Below, piece after piece: positions 47,748-58,223 of a stretch of DNA of 64,000 nt (position 1 is its first letter; each line of letters starts with the position of its first letter). The notes under the pieces were generated by a model. It ran no database searches. It was not told where the DNA came from and saw only the letters and a list, made by a program, of their open reading frames with translations. Origin of the DNA: an uncultured Chloroflexia bacterium. Its GTDB lineage: Bacteria; Chloroflexota; Limnocylindria; Limnocylindrales; CSP1-4. The stretch is from NCBI GenBank assembly GCA_963720755.1, contig CAVRGP010000006.1, forward strand, positions 64,001-128,000, given 5' to 3'. The translations under genes were made by a program, and so were the position numbers.

Positions 47748-49796
47748 ATGCGCGATGAATTGAGCCCGAGCCAGGCAGCGGCGCGGATCGGCACGACGAC
47801 ACGGACGGTCCAACGGTGGATCGGGACGGGTCGACTGCCTGCGCGACGCGTCGGTGGACGCTGGCGTGTCGCGATTGACGCGATCGACGCGTTAGTGGAG
47901 ATCGCGAGCGCGGATCAATCGGCCCAAGCCCGGGCCCGGACCGATCGCGGCGTGCCGCCCCGCCCCATCCGAGCGGTCTTCATCGCCAACCGCGGTGAGA
48001 TCGTCACCCGCATCACGCGGACATGTGACCGTCTCGGGATCCGTGCGGTCGCGGCAGTGATCGATGGACCCGACGCAGTCGACCTCCTCGACATCGACGG
48101 CGTCGTGGCTGCCGCACGTCGGGCGGAAGCCGACGCGATCCATCCAGGCTTCGGGTTCCTGGCCGAGAACGCGGCGTTCGCCGAGGCCGTACAGGTCGCC
48201 GGGTTGACCTGGATCGGGCCCCCTGCGGCAGCGATCCGGGCGATGGGCGACAAGGGCGCCGCCAGGCATCTAGCGGCAAGCCTGGGCGTGCCGATCCTGC
48301 GGGGCTACGACGGCGACGATCAGACCGACGGAGCGCTGGCGACGGCGGCGGCGGCGATCGGCTATCCGATCCTGATCAAACCCTCGGCCGGCGGTGGCGG
48401 CAAGGGGATGCGCGTGGTCCGGGAGGCCGGCCGGCTCGGCGACGCGCTCGACGCCGCCCGTCGCGAGGCGTCGAGCGCATTCGGCGACGAGCGGCTCATC
48501 CTCGAGCGGCTCGTCGAAGGGGCCCGTCACGTCGAGATCCAGGTCCTGTTCGACGCACACGGCACCGGGATCCAGCTGGGTGATCGCGATTGCTCGATCC
48601 AGCGGCGACATCAGAAGATCCTCGAGGAGTCCCCCTCGCCGGCCGTCGGGGCACCGCTCCGGGAGCAACTCGGCGAGGCAGCGGTCCGTCTCGCCGGTGC
48701 CGTCGGCTATGTCGGTGCCGGGACCTGCGAGTTCCTGGTGGATGACCACGGCGAGCCAGCGTTCCTCGAGATGAACACGCGCCTCCAGGTCGAGCACCCG
48801 GTGACCGAGCTCGTGACCGGCCGCGATCTGGTCGCCGACCAGCTGTGGATCGCCGCCGGCGGCCGACTCGACGATCCGGCGCACGGGATGGGCGGCCACG
48901 GGATCCCGGGCGGGCACGCGATCGAGGTGCGCCTGTACGCGGAGGACGCCGAGGATGGCTTCCTGCCGGCGACCGGAAGGGTCGAGGCGTTGGGCTGGCC
49001 CGTCGGCGACGGTGTCCGGGTCGATCCCGGGATCGAACTCGGCACGGAGATCGGCGGGCGCTTCGATCCGATGCTCGCGAAGATCATCGCCTGGGGGCAG
49101 GATCGGGCAACGGCCCTGGAACGCCTCACCTCCGCGCTCGACGACACGCTCGTCCTCGGGATCGTGACCAACCTCCGATTCCTCAGGTGGCTCGTTCGTG
49201 AGCCGGTCGTGCGATCTGGTCAGACCCGGATCGACACGCTCGATCGCATCTGGCCCCCCGACGACTGGGCCGAGCGCGTCGCGATCCCCGAGGACGCGTG
49301 GCGTGAGGCGGCGACGATCGTCGCATCCGACGGCCCCGGCGATCCCTGGGCGGGCGGCTGGCGGCTCAATGCGGCACCATCGGTCCGCCTGGCGACCGGC
49401 GGTCTCGTCCGATCCGTCCCTGCCACGGGTCGGGTCGACGCCTGCGCCGCCGTCCGTGTCGGCGCGACCGTCCACCTGGACCTCGCCGGACGAAGCACGC
49501 CCTTCACGGTCCCACCGCCGCCCGACGTCGACATCACGGCCCGGGCGGCGATCGCGCACGGCGTGGTCGGCTCGGGCGGGCCTGTCGAGCTGATCGCACC
49601 GATGCCGGGCGCGGTCCTGCGCGTCCATGCCGGTCTCGGGTCGATGGTCGAGATCGGTGACCCGGTGGTCACGCTCGAAGCCATGAAGATGGAGCACGTC
49701 GTGGCCGCACCGTCGCCCGGTCGTGTCACGGAGATCGGCGTCCACCCGGGTGACCAGGTCACTCGCGGGCAGTCACTGGCGATCATCGAGCCCTGA
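47748..49796 (+). CDS. liuD: acyl-CoA carboxylase alpha subunit (biotin carboxylase + BCCP) with N-terminal excisionase-type HTH
   Basis: LSPSQAA.RIG....TVQRWI..G.LPA.R.GG.WR, then IANRGEI, HPGFGFLAEN, GGGGKGMR, EMNTRLQVEH and EAMKME. Confidence 0.9.
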   Translation: MRDELSPSQAAARIGTTTRTVQRWIGTGRLPARRVGGRWRVAIDAIDALVEIASADQSAQARARTDRGVPPRPIRAVFIANRGEIVTRITRTCDRLGIRAVAAVIDGPDAVDLLDIDGVVAAARRAEADAIHPGFGFLAENAAFAEAVQVAGLTWIGPPAAAIRAMGDKGAARHLAASLGVPILRGYDGDDQTDGALATAAAAIGYPILIKPSAGGGGKGMRVVREAGRLGDALDAARREASSAFGDERLILERLVEGARHVEIQVLFDAHGTGIQLGDRDCSIQRRHQKILEESPSPAVGAPLREQLGEAAVRLAGAVGYVGAGTCEFLVDDHGEPAFLEMNTRLQVEHPVTELVTGRDLVADQLWIAAGGRLDDPAHGMGGHGIPGGHAIEVRLYAEDAEDGFLPATGRVEALGWPVGDGVRVDPGIELGTEIGGRFDPMLAKIIAWGQDRATALERLTSALDDTLVLGIVTNLRFLRWLVREPVVRSGQTRIDTLDRIWPPDDWAERVAIPEDAWREAATIVASDGPGDPWAGGWRLNAAPSVRLATGGLVRSVPATGRVDACAAVRVGATVHLDLAGRSTPFTVPPPPDVDITARAAIAHGVVGSGGPVELIAPMPGAVLRVHAGLGSMVEIGDPVVTLEAMKMEHVVAAPSPGRVTEIGVHPGDQVTRGQSLAIIEP

Positions 49797-49844
49797 CGAC
49801 ACACATTCAGGTACGCTCCCGTACATCCGATCCCCGAGGAGCCG

Positions 49845-50042
49845 ATGGACAAGCACGAAACGGCGCCGATACCCCTGCCACAGACCCGAGTCGAACTACT
49901 CGCCCTCCACCGCGAGACGCGTCGTCGCCGGAATGCGGCGGCGCACGGTAGTCCGGACCATGTCGCGGCGATCGACCTGCTCGGCCGGATCGAGGTCGAG
50001 GTCGCCCGTCTCGAGCGGGCGATGGACCCGCCGCTCGTCTGA
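49845..50042 (+). CDS. small hypothetical protein
   Basis: 65 aa, RBS GAGGAG, helical character. Confidence 0.6.
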   Translation: MDKHETAPIPLPQTRVELLALHRETRRRRNAAAHGSPDHVAAIDLLGRIEVEVARLERAMDPPLV

Positions 50043-50072
50043 TCCGACCCGGCGACCCCGACTGACACTGCC

Positions 50073-50996
50073 ATGACCGAACACGTCCGCGTCTACGAGG
50101 TCGGTCCACGCGACGGTCTCCAGAACGAGGCGACGCCGATCCCGACGGCGGTCAAGGCCCGGTTCATCGAGCTGCTGGCCCGGGCCGGTCTGCGCGAGAT
50201 CGAAGCGACGAGCTTCGTGTCCCCCAGCGCGATCCCGCAGCTTGCCGACGCCGACGCCCTGCTGGCCGGCCTGGACCGCACGACGGGCGTCCGCTATCCC
50301 GTCCTTGTCCCGAATCTTCGTGGCCTCGCGCGAGCCGAGACGGCCGGCGCCGATGCGGTCGCGGTCTTCACCGCGGCGACCGATGCCTTCACGGCCAGGA
50401 ACATCGGGATGACCGTGACGGAATCGCTGGCGGCCTTCGCGCCGGTCCTGGATCGGGCCAGCGAGCTCGGCTGGTGGCGCCGTGGCTACGTGTCGACCGC
50501 GTTCGGCTGCCCGTACACAGGAGGGGTGCCTCCGGATCGGGCCGTCGAGGTCGCCCTGCAACTCCTCGAACTCGGTGTCGACGAAGTCTGCTTCGGCGAC
50601 ACCATCGGGGTCGGCGTGCCGGGCCAGGTCGCGGCGTTGACCGGTCTGGCCGTCGAAGCGGGACTTCGACTCGACCAGATGGCATTCCACTTCCACGACA
50701 CGCGGGGGACGGCTCTGGCCAATGTCGCCGCCGGATTGGACGCGGGCGTCCGTTGCTTCGACTCGTCGGCCGGCGGCACGGGTGGCTGCCCCTATGCGCC
50801 GGGCGCGGCCGGGAACCTCGCGACGGAGGACCTCGTGTACTTCCTCGATGCGTCCGGCTGGGAGTCAGGGGTCGCCCTTGACGGCGTGCTGGCAGCCGCG
50901 CGATTCATCGCCGATGCACTCGGGCGGCCGCTGACGACCAAGGTCGGGCAGGCCGGCGGGTGGGATCCGACGACCGGCAAGGCGACGTTCCGGTGA
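50073..50996 (+). CDS. liuE: hydroxymethylglutaryl-CoA lyase
   Basis: EVGPRDGLQNE, FGCPY, DTIG, HFHDT.G and GGCPYAPGA.GN.ATED. Confidence 0.95.
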   Translation: MTEHVRVYEVGPRDGLQNEATPIPTAVKARFIELLARAGLREIEATSFVSPSAIPQLADADALLAGLDRTTGVRYPVLVPNLRGLARAETAGADAVAVFTAATDAFTARNIGMTVTESLAAFAPVLDRASELGWWRRGYVSTAFGCPYTGGVPPDRAVEVALQLLELGVDEVCFGDTIGVGVPGQVAALTGLAVEAGLRLDQMAFHFHDTRGTALANVAAGLDAGVRCFDSSAGGTGGCPYAPGAAGNLATEDLVYFLDASGWESGVALDGVLAAARFIADALGRPLTTKVGQAGGWDPTTGKATFR

Positions 50997-52348
50997 CCGA
51001 CACCCGCACTGGCCGGGTCGACGCTGGTCGATCGCTCCGAACGATCGCGCCCCGCAGCACGCATGCCGCCTGGCGACCCGATCCCGACCGGCGTGACCCG
51101 ATCGCCATCCTTGAGGAGACGGCGACCACGCGCGTACCGGAACTCGTCCCGTTCCGGTATGGGCGGATGGCGACTTCGCCGTTCGCCTTCCTGCGCGGCG
51201 CCGCCGCGGTCATGGCCGCCGACCTCGCTGCCACCCCGATGACCGGCCTCCGGGTCCAGGCGTGCGGCGACGCGCACGTCGCGAACTTCGGCCAATTCAA
51301 GACCCCGGAACGGCGCCACGTGTTCGACATCAACGACTTCGACGAGACCCTGCCGGGCGCCTGGGAATGGGACGTGAAGCGGCTCGCCGCCAGTATCGAC
51401 CTCGTGGCTCGGATCCGGATCGACGACCCGGCGGTCCGACGGGACATGGTCGCCTTCGTAGTGCGCAGCTACCGGGAGCGATTGCGCAGCTTCGCCCAGC
51501 TTCGCGTCCTCGACCTCTGGCATGCCCGGATCGGCATCGACGACGTCCTCGCCCATTTCCCGGCCCGCTATCGCCCGCTCGTCGAGCGCGATCTGGCTCG
51601 CTCCCGGGCACGGAACCATGGACGCGCCATCGAGAAGCTCACCAGGCGCGTCGGCGACCACCGACACTTCATCGAGAACCCACCGCTCATCGTCCGTCTC
51701 GAGCGGACGGGATTCGACATGGACGAGGCGCTCGGGCTCCTCGAGAGTTATCGCGCCTCGCTGACGGACGATCAGCGCGCCCTCCTCGATCGGTTCGAGC
51801 TCGTCGAGGTGGCCCGCAAGACGGTCGGGGTCGGGAGTGTCGGGACTCGCTGCTGGGTCGCCCTGTTCGAAGGTCCCGACCACCCGCGCGGCGATGCGAT
51901 CGTCCTGCAGGTCAAGGAGGCCGGACCATCGGTCCTCGAGCCCTATCTCGGGCGGGCGACCCTCCCCCACCACGGCCAGCGCGTCGTGGTGGGGCAGCGG
52001 TTGACCCAGTCCGCCAGCGATGGATTCCTCGGCTGGGCGACCGGGCCAACCTCGGGCCGTCACTACTACGTTCGCCAGCTCTGGGACGCCAAGGGCCAGG
52101 GCGACACCGAGACGATGGACCGCTCGAACCTGACCCACTACGGCGCGTTGTGCGCCTGGGCTCTGGCTCGCGCCCATGCGCGCACCGGTGACGCCGTGGC
52201 GATCACCGCCTACATGGGCCGCGGGCAGACCTTCGACCGGGCGATCGCCGAGTTCGCGTCGCGCTACGCCGACCAGAGCGAACGGGATCATGCGGCACTC
52301 GTGGACGCCATCCGTGACGGCCGGATCGAAGCACGGACGGATCCGTGA
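50993..52348 (+). CDS. DUF2252 family kinase-like protein
   Basis: RYGRM..SPF.F.RG, CGDAH..NFG, FDINDFDE, GVGSVG and ARAHAR.GD. Confidence 0.9.
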   Translation: MTDTRTGRVDAGRSLRTIAPRSTHAAWRPDPDRRDPIAILEETATTRVPELVPFRYGRMATSPFAFLRGAAAVMAADLAATPMTGLRVQACGDAHVANFGQFKTPERRHVFDINDFDETLPGAWEWDVKRLAASIDLVARIRIDDPAVRRDMVAFVVRSYRERLRSFAQLRVLDLWHARIGIDDVLAHFPARYRPLVERDLARSRARNHGRAIEKLTRRVGDHRHFIENPPLIVRLERTGFDMDEALGLLESYRASLTDDQRALLDRFELVEVARKTVGVGSVGTRCWVALFEGPDHPRGDAIVLQVKEAGPSVLEPYLGRATLPHHGQRVVVGQRLTQSASDGFLGWATGPTSGRHYYVRQLWDAKGQGDTETMDRSNLTHYGALCAWALARAHARTGDAVAITAYMGRGQTFDRAIAEFASRYADQSERDHAALVDAIRDGRIEARTDP

Positions 52349-52385
52349 GCCGCACGATCCGGACGTTCTGCTATCGTCCGGCGAA

Positions 52386-52901
52386 ATGGACGGTGTCGTA
52401 CTCGTTCTGAACCAGAACTACGAGCCGCTCAACGTCTGTAACCTGCCTCGCGCCTTCCGGCTGGTCTTCGGCGAGAGGGCGGAAGTGATCGAATACGACC
52501 ACCAGGTGATCCGGACGCCGCGGACCGAGTATCGCGCGCCCTCCGTCATCCGCCTCCAGCACATGATCAGACGCCCGCGCCCGCGAGTGAAGCTGTCCCG
52601 CCGCGAGATCTTCGCCCGCGATCGGCACACCTGCCAGTACTGCGGCCGCCAGGCCCATGACATGACCCTCGACCACATCGTTCCCCGTCATCGCGGCGGC
52701 GGACACACGTGGGAGAACCTCGTGACCGCGTGCAAGACGTGCAACCACCGCAAGGGTGGCAAGACGCTGGAAGAGGCGCGTCTCCGCCTGCTCCAGCAGC
52801 CGCACGAACCGCGAAGCGACATCTACGCATTGTTCAAGTCGTATCTCGCCGACGAGAACAACGAAGCCTGGCGCTCGTACCTGTTCCTGGGTCGCAACTG
52901 A
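52386..52901 (+). CDS. HNH endonuclease (McrA-like)
   Basis: VLVLN..YEP, RD..TCQYCG, DH.VP...GG..WEN.V.AC..CN..K. Confidence 0.92.
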   Translation: MDGVVLVLNQNYEPLNVCNLPRAFRLVFGERAEVIEYDHQVIRTPRTEYRAPSVIRLQHMIRRPRPRVKLSRREIFARDRHTCQYCGRQAHDMTLDHIVPRHRGGGHTWENLVTACKTCNHRKGGKTLEEARLRLLQQPHEPRSDIYALFKSYLADENNEAWRSYLFLGRN

Positions 52902-54265
52902 CGGGCACGCCGGCCGGGCTCGAGGCATTGATCCCGGGCGCTGTCCGCGACCTGCTCGCTGGCCTGTGGTCCGCGGGCCATGCGGCCTACCTGGTCGGTG
53001 GGTCGTTGCGCGACATCATCCTCGATCGACACCCCGCCGACTGGGACCTCGCGACCGACGCGCTCCCGGATCGGGTGACGGCACTCTTCCCGGGTGCGGT
53101 CTACGAGAACCGATTCGGCACCGTCACGGTCCGGAGATCGGGCGAGACCTTCGAGATCACGACCTTCCGGACCGATCACGACTACGCCGATCATCGCCGC
53201 CCGGATCACGTCGAGTTCGGCGACTCGATCGAGGCCGACCTTGCCCGTCGCGACTTCACCGTGAACGCGATGGCGTGGGGCGCCCGACCCGGGGAGTCGC
53301 CTGCGTTCCTCGACCCGCAGCACGGTCTGGCGGACGCGCGGGCGAGGATCCTGCGGGCGGTCGGGGAACCGCGCGCCAGGTTCGAGGAGGACGCCCTGCG
53401 GATGATCCGAGCGGTCCGACTTGCCGCCGCGCTCGAATTCGGGATCGACGCCGGGACGCTCGCCGGGATCCAGGCGATGGCCGACCTGGCGGCCAACCTG
53501 TCCGGCGAGCGGATCGCCGCGGAGCTGACCAAGCTGCTCGCCGCCCCCGTCCCGTCGATCGGCCTTCGACTGTGGAGCGACACGGATCTCCTGATGCCGA
53601 TATCACCGGAGCTGGCGGCGCAGCGCGGGATCCCCCAGAACAAGGTGCCCGGCGAGGACCTCTGGGATCACACCTTGCGGTCCGTCGACGCGGTGCCCGC
53701 CTCTCGGCCGATCGTCAGACTGGCGGCCCTGCTCCACGACATCGGCAAGCCAGCGACCTCCGCGGATGGCCACTTCGTGGGACACGACCTGGTCGGTGCC
53801 GAGCTCGCCGGCCAGTTCCTCGATCGGTTGCACGTCGCCCACGCGACTCGCGATCGGGTCGTCGGTCTCGTTCGGAACCACATGTTCAGCTACGAGTCGA
53901 ACTGGTCGGACGCGGCGGTCCGTCGGTTCATCCGCCGGATCGCTGCCCTCGGCCCGGGTGCCCTGGAGGAACTGCTGGAGCTGCGGGCGGCCGACAACGT
54001 CGGGTCGGGGCTGCCGGCCGAAGCCGGACGGCTCGATGAGCTGCGAGCCAGGGTCGACGCCGAATCCGCCGCAGGCTCCGTCATCGACCTGCGCGGCCTG
54101 GCGATCGACGGCAGCGACCTGATGACGGTGGTCGGCGTCGAGCCCGGACCGCGTCTCGGTGCCATGCTGGACGACTTGCTGGAGCGTGTCATCGTCGATC
54201 CGTCGCTGAACGATCGCCAGACACTGTTGGACATCGCCCGGTCGATGACGACGGAGGAACGATGA
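52898..54265 (+). CDS. cca: CCA tRNA nucleotidyltransferase with HD domain
   Basis: [31 protein letters not shown] and LLHDIGK. Start uncertain (CTG 52898 or TTG 52928). Confidence 0.9.
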   Translation: MTGTPAGLEALIPGAVRDLLAGLWSAGHAAYLVGGSLRDIILDRHPADWDLATDALPDRVTALFPGAVYENRFGTVTVRRSGETFEITTFRTDHDYADHRRPDHVEFGDSIEADLARRDFTVNAMAWGARPGESPAFLDPQHGLADARARILRAVGEPRARFEEDALRMIRAVRLAAALEFGIDAGTLAGIQAMADLAANLSGERIAAELTKLLAAPVPSIGLRLWSDTDLLMPISPELAAQRGIPQNKVPGEDLWDHTLRSVDAVPASRPIVRLAALLHDIGKPATSADGHFVGHDLVGAELAGQFLDRLHVAHATRDRVVGLVRNHMFSYESNWSDAAVRRFIRRIAALGPGALEELLELRAADNVGSGLPAEAGRLDELRARVDAESAAGSVIDLRGLAIDGSDLMTVVGVEPGPRLGAMLDDLLERVIVDPSLNDRQTLLDIARSMTTEER

Positions 54266-54852
54266 TCGAGTTGCTGCTCCAGGCGGAACGAGCCCTGTCG
54301 GTCGGGTTGCTCGACCGAGCCGAAGCCCTCTACCGCCAGGTCGCGACGGCCGACCCCCGGAATTCGATCGCGGTCGTCGGATTGGCACGAGTCGCCCTCG
54401 ATCGGAACGACGACGTCAGGTCTCTTGAACTCGCGCGCCAGGCGCTGACCATCGATCCGGAGAATGCGGCCGCGCAACGCATGGTGGCGCGCCTCGAGGA
54501 GGTCCTCGAGTATCGCCACGCGAGCGAGGTCGTCGCCGAGCCTGTGGTCGTGGTCGAGCCTGAGCCTGAACCCGAGGTCGTCGCCGAGTCCGCGGTCGTG
54601 GCGGAACCCGCGGTCGTGGCGGAACCCGCGGTCGTGGCCGAGCCGGAGCCTGCTGTCGAAGTCGCGCCGCCCGAACCTGAGCACGTGCCGGAGCCCGAGC
54701 CCGAACCTCGGCCGGAGCCGGAGGCGGAGGTCGAACCCGAGCCCGAGCAGAACGATCCGCTGGTGGTGGCCTCCCCGGCGACACAGGCGTCACCCTTGCC
54801 GCGCTGGCGCTCGTTCCTCGATCGACTGCTCCGGCGTCTCGGGCGTCGCTGA
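54262..54852 (+). CDS. TPR protein with Glu/Pro-rich linker
   Basis: TPR-like N-terminus (A..LY.Q....DP.N, AL.IDPEN); AVVAEP x3 and EP repeats. Confidence 0.75.
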   Translation: MIELLLQAERALSVGLLDRAEALYRQVATADPRNSIAVVGLARVALDRNDDVRSLELARQALTIDPENAAAQRMVARLEEVLEYRHASEVVAEPVVVVEPEPEPEVVAESAVVAEPAVVAEPAVVAEPEPAVEVAPPEPEHVPEPEPEPRPEPEAEVEPEPEQNDPLVVASPATQASPLPRWRSFLDRLLRRLGRR

Positions 54853-54896
54853 CCGTTCGGTTCGCTGATCCCGGCCATCGGTGTACCGTCCGCGCC

Positions 54897-55781
54897 ATGC
54901 CGGACATCACCATCCGTCGAGCCGAGACCGATATCGACCTGGCGGCGTGGAACCGAGTCCGGCGGATCGTCCTCCCCGACGAACCCGTACCGACCATCAA
55001 CCAACTGCGGGCGGCCGGCCCCGACCGCCTCCATCTCATCGCGGAGATCGGCGGCGAGACGGTCGGCCACGGTTTCGCGAGCGATTCGAGCCTCGCCGAT
55101 GGGTTCGCCATGGTTCGGATCCTCCCGGGTCAACGTCGACGCGGGATCGGGAGCGCAGTCCTGCGCGCCGTCCTCGACCTCCAGTTGGCCGCCAGACGTC
55201 GAACGGTCGCGTCACATGCTCAGGACGACGGCGCGATGGCATTCGCGGCGCATCATGGATTCGTGGAGGTCGATCGCCAGATCGAACTGGTTCGTCCGGT
55301 CGCTCCCGGCGAGCCCGAGCCCCCGCCCTATCCCGGTGTCGAGTTCGCGACGATCGCCGCCCAGCCCGACCTGCTGGGTCGCGCGTACCCCCTTGCCCAG
55401 CAAGGTCATTCGGATCTCGCCCTGGCGACGGGACCGGCGAGGATCACCCTCGACGACTGGCTCGGGGAGGAGGCGACCCTGCCGGGTGGCTCGATGGTCG
55501 CTCTGGTCGATGGCGAGGTCGTCGGGTATGCCGGGCTCACCGCCTGGAACGACGATGAGTCGCGCGCCGAGAACGGCCTGACGGTGGTGGATCGCGCCTG
55601 GCGCCGCAAGGGTCTGGCGACCGCCCTCAAGCGTCGGCAACTCGCGTGGGCGTCGGCCAACGGTATCGTCGAACTCGTGACCTGGACCCAGCAGGGCAAC
55701 GACGCGATGCGCCTCGTCAACATGCGACTTGGCTACGCGACCCGCTCGATGACCCGGACGGTCCGCCGCGACCTGCCGTGA
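54897..55781 (+). CDS. tandem GNAT acetyltransferase
   Basis: RRRGIG and TVV...WRRKGLA.ALK...N..M...N..LG. Confidence 0.88.
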   Translation: MPDITIRRAETDIDLAAWNRVRRIVLPDEPVPTINQLRAAGPDRLHLIAEIGGETVGHGFASDSSLADGFAMVRILPGQRRRGIGSAVLRAVLDLQLAARRRTVASHAQDDGAMAFAAHHGFVEVDRQIELVRPVAPGEPEPPPYPGVEFATIAAQPDLLGRAYPLAQQGHSDLALATGPARITLDDWLGEEATLPGGSMVALVDGEVVGYAGLTAWNDDESRAENGLTVVDRAWRRKGLATALKRRQLAWASANGIVELVTWTQQGNDAMRLVNMRLGYATRSMTRTVRRDLP

Positions 55782-55868
55782 ACCTGGTCGACCTGTCCTC
55801 CTGCACTGGGCTCAGCGGACGGTATCAGGCGCGAAGCGGCAGCAGAGCGCACCGCGTATCGTTCGGTC

Positions 55869-56864
55869 ATGACGAGGATCCTGGTCACCGGCGGGGCCGG
55901 CTATGTCGGTTCGGTCTCGATCAATGCGCTCCTCGATGCGGGCCACGAGGTCGTCGTCCTCGATGACCTGACGACCGGCCATCGCAGCGCCGTCCCCGCG
56001 GGGGCGACGCTCAGCGAGGGCACCTACACGGACCAGGCGGCCACGACCCGCCTGCTCGCGGATCAGCGCATCGAGGCCATCCTTCATTGCGCGGCGCGCT
56101 CACTGGTCGGCGAATCGATCGCGGACCCGTCGAAGTACTACCGCGACAACGTGGCCGGGGGCGTCGCACTCCTCGAGGCAGCGCGCGCGACGGGCGTGAA
56201 CCGGATCGTGTTCTCCTCGACCGCAGCGGTGTATGGCGCTCCGGACGTGACGCCGATCCCGGAAGACGCGCCGCTTCGCCCGATCAATCCGTACGGTGAG
56301 TCGAAGCGCACTTTCGAGACCGCCCTTGCCTGGTACGGGCGGGCGTACGGACTGCGCAGCGTGAGTCTTCGATACTTCAACGTGGCGGGCGCGACGGACA
56401 CGCTCGGTGAGATGCACGACCCGGAAACGCACCTGATCCCGAACGTCCTGGCGGCGGCCGAAGGACGGCGCGACTTGACGGTCTTCGGCGACGATTACTC
56501 GACGCCGGACGGGACGTGCATCCGCGACTACATCCATGTCAGCGACCTGGCCGACGCCCATCTCCGCGCGATCGACGCCACGGCCCCGACGGATGGGCGG
56601 ACCGACGAGCCACTCGTCTGCAATCTCGGCAACGGCGGAGGGTTCTCGGTCCGCGAGATCGTCGACGCCGCGCGGACGGTCACGGGCGGCGAGATCCCCT
56701 TCTCGGTCGGTTCACGACGTGCCGGCGATCCGCCCGTCCTCGTGGCCAGCTCGGCGCGCGCTGCCGAGGTCCTCGGTTGGCGACCGCAGCAGCCGACGCT
56801 CGAGCAGATGGTCGGCTCGGCTTGGGCCTGGCGCCGCCGACACCCGACCGGCTATCCGGACTGA
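55869..56864 (+). CDS. galE: UDP-glucose 4-epimerase
   Basis: TGGAGYVGS, SSTAAVYG, YGESK, LRYFN and TPDGTCIRDYIHV.DLA. Confidence 0.95.
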   Translation: MTRILVTGGAGYVGSVSINALLDAGHEVVVLDDLTTGHRSAVPAGATLSEGTYTDQAATTRLLADQRIEAILHCAARSLVGESIADPSKYYRDNVAGGVALLEAARATGVNRIVFSSTAAVYGAPDVTPIPEDAPLRPINPYGESKRTFETALAWYGRAYGLRSVSLRYFNVAGATDTLGEMHDPETHLIPNVLAAAEGRRDLTVFGDDYSTPDGTCIRDYIHVSDLADAHLRAIDATAPTDGRTDEPLVCNLGNGGGFSVREIVDAARTVTGGEIPFSVGSRRAGDPPVLVASSARAAEVLGWRPQQPTLEQMVGSAWAWRRRHPTGYPD

Positions 56865-58183
56865 CCTATCAGCTCGCCCGATCCGGCCCAATCGTCGCGG
56901 ACCGGCCATACCAGCCACAATCCGATGAGCATGGTCGCCAGCAGACTCAGGACCGCGACCTGGTACGCCCCGCTGCCCATCGAGTCGAGCAGCAGGAACA
57001 GGATCAGGCCGTACAGCAACTGCCCGACGACCTGCGAACCCTTGCCGACCAACCCGTAGATCCCGAAGAACTCGCCGATCATCTCGGGTGGCGACAATCG
57101 CACCATGAGCACGCGATCTGCGACCTGCACGCCACCGAGCCCGGAGCCGAGGATCGCCCCAGCCACGAGGAACAGCGGCAACCCGGACGGGCCGAAACCG
57201 ATCGAGATGCCGCCCAGGACCAGCCCGACCGCCCAGGAGATGAGGACGACGACGAGGGTCCACTTCGGTCCTCGGCGGTCGACCGACAGGCCCCAGACGA
57301 AGCTCATCGCGATCGCGACCAGGGTCAACAGCAGCAGGACCAGGACACTCGTCTGATCGGTCAGGCCCATCGCCTTCACGGTCACGACACTCATGACCAC
57401 GATGACTGTGTTGACCGCGTCCGAATAGAAGAATCGGCCGACCAGGAAGCGCCCCAGGCCGGGCACCGATCGAGCGTGCGCGATCGACCGGCGCAGCTGA
57501 CCGAACGAATCGCGGACATCGGCTGCGCGGATGGACGGTCCGCCGGACACACGCGGTTCGTGGACGAACACGAAGATCGGGACCGCGAACAGGGCGAAGA
57601 GGAGCGCGGTCACCCGGAAGCGGTCGACCACCGGGATGTCCAGCAGGAAGATCAGCAAGCCGACGAAGACGGTCCCGCAATAGCCGATGGCGGTACCCAA
57701 ACCGGATAGCTTCCCCCGGGTCGCCGGGTACCCGACCGTCTTGAGCGTCGCGTCGTAATAGATGAGGGCGGCCTGGTAGGCGAAGTTCGCCACGATGAAC
57801 AGGAGCAGCCCGATGACCGGCGGCAGATCCGCGATGAAGAACGTCGCGCCGATGCACAGCGCCGTGAAGAACAGGAGGAACGGCATCCGGCCGGGGCCTC
57901 GATCCGACAGGGCCCCGAGGATCGGCGAGACGAGCGCGTTGACCCCGACACTCGCGACGACCGCGATCGACAACAGGGCGTTGCCGTCCCGCTCGCCGAA
58001 CTGGGCGTCGTTGACCAGGTACAGGCCGATCGCCCCGGACACCACGGCGAACGAGAAGATGGTGTTGGCGAAGTCGTACAGCGCCCACGAGGCCGGCACG
58101 ATCGCCCGGCCGCTGGGGGTCAGCCCGGCCAGGCCGCGCCCGGACCCGGACCCAGGACCGCGGGACGGGGCGGCACTCGTCAC
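56852..58183 (-). CDS. MFS transporter (UMF1/Atg22-like)
   Basis: SWALYDFAN, P.LGA.SD, YY.A.L and EFFG.Y...GK. Confidence 0.88.
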   Translation of the reverse strand: MTSAAPSRGPGSGSGRGLAGLTPSGRAIVPASWALYDFANTIFSFAVVSGAIGLYLVNDAQFGERDGNALLSIAVVASVGVNALVSPILGALSDRGPGRMPFLLFFTALCIGATFFIADLPPVIGLLLFIVANFAYQAALIYYDATLKTVGYPATRGKLSGLGTAIGYCGTVFVGLLIFLLDIPVVDRFRVTALLFALFAVPIFVFVHEPRVSGGPSIRAADVRDSFGQLRRSIAHARSVPGLGRFLVGRFFYSDAVNTVIVVMSVVTVKAMGLTDQTSVLVLLLLTLVAIAMSFVWGLSVDRRGPKWTLVVVLISWAVGLVLGGISIGFGPSGLPLFLVAGAILGSGLGGVQVADRVLMVRLSPPEMIGEFFGIYGLVGKGSQVVGQLLYGLILFLLLDSMGSGAYQVAVLSLLATMLIGLWLVWPVRDDWAGSGELIGQSG

Positions 58184-58223
58184 CGGCCGATGATAGCGGC
58201 GCCGGGACGGGTAGGATTTGCCG

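Noticed and set aside
47748-47900. Excisionase as a sign of a prophage or ICE
   Set aside because: The domain is in frame with a carboxylase, and no integrase, att site or phage genes are nearby.
52386-52901. HNH as a homing or defence system
   Set aside because: Looks like the common standalone McrA-like HNH among housekeeping genes, with no methylase or intron context.
54590-54750. 18-bp and EP-coding repeats
   Set aside because: Ordinary low-complexity linker inside the TPR protein.
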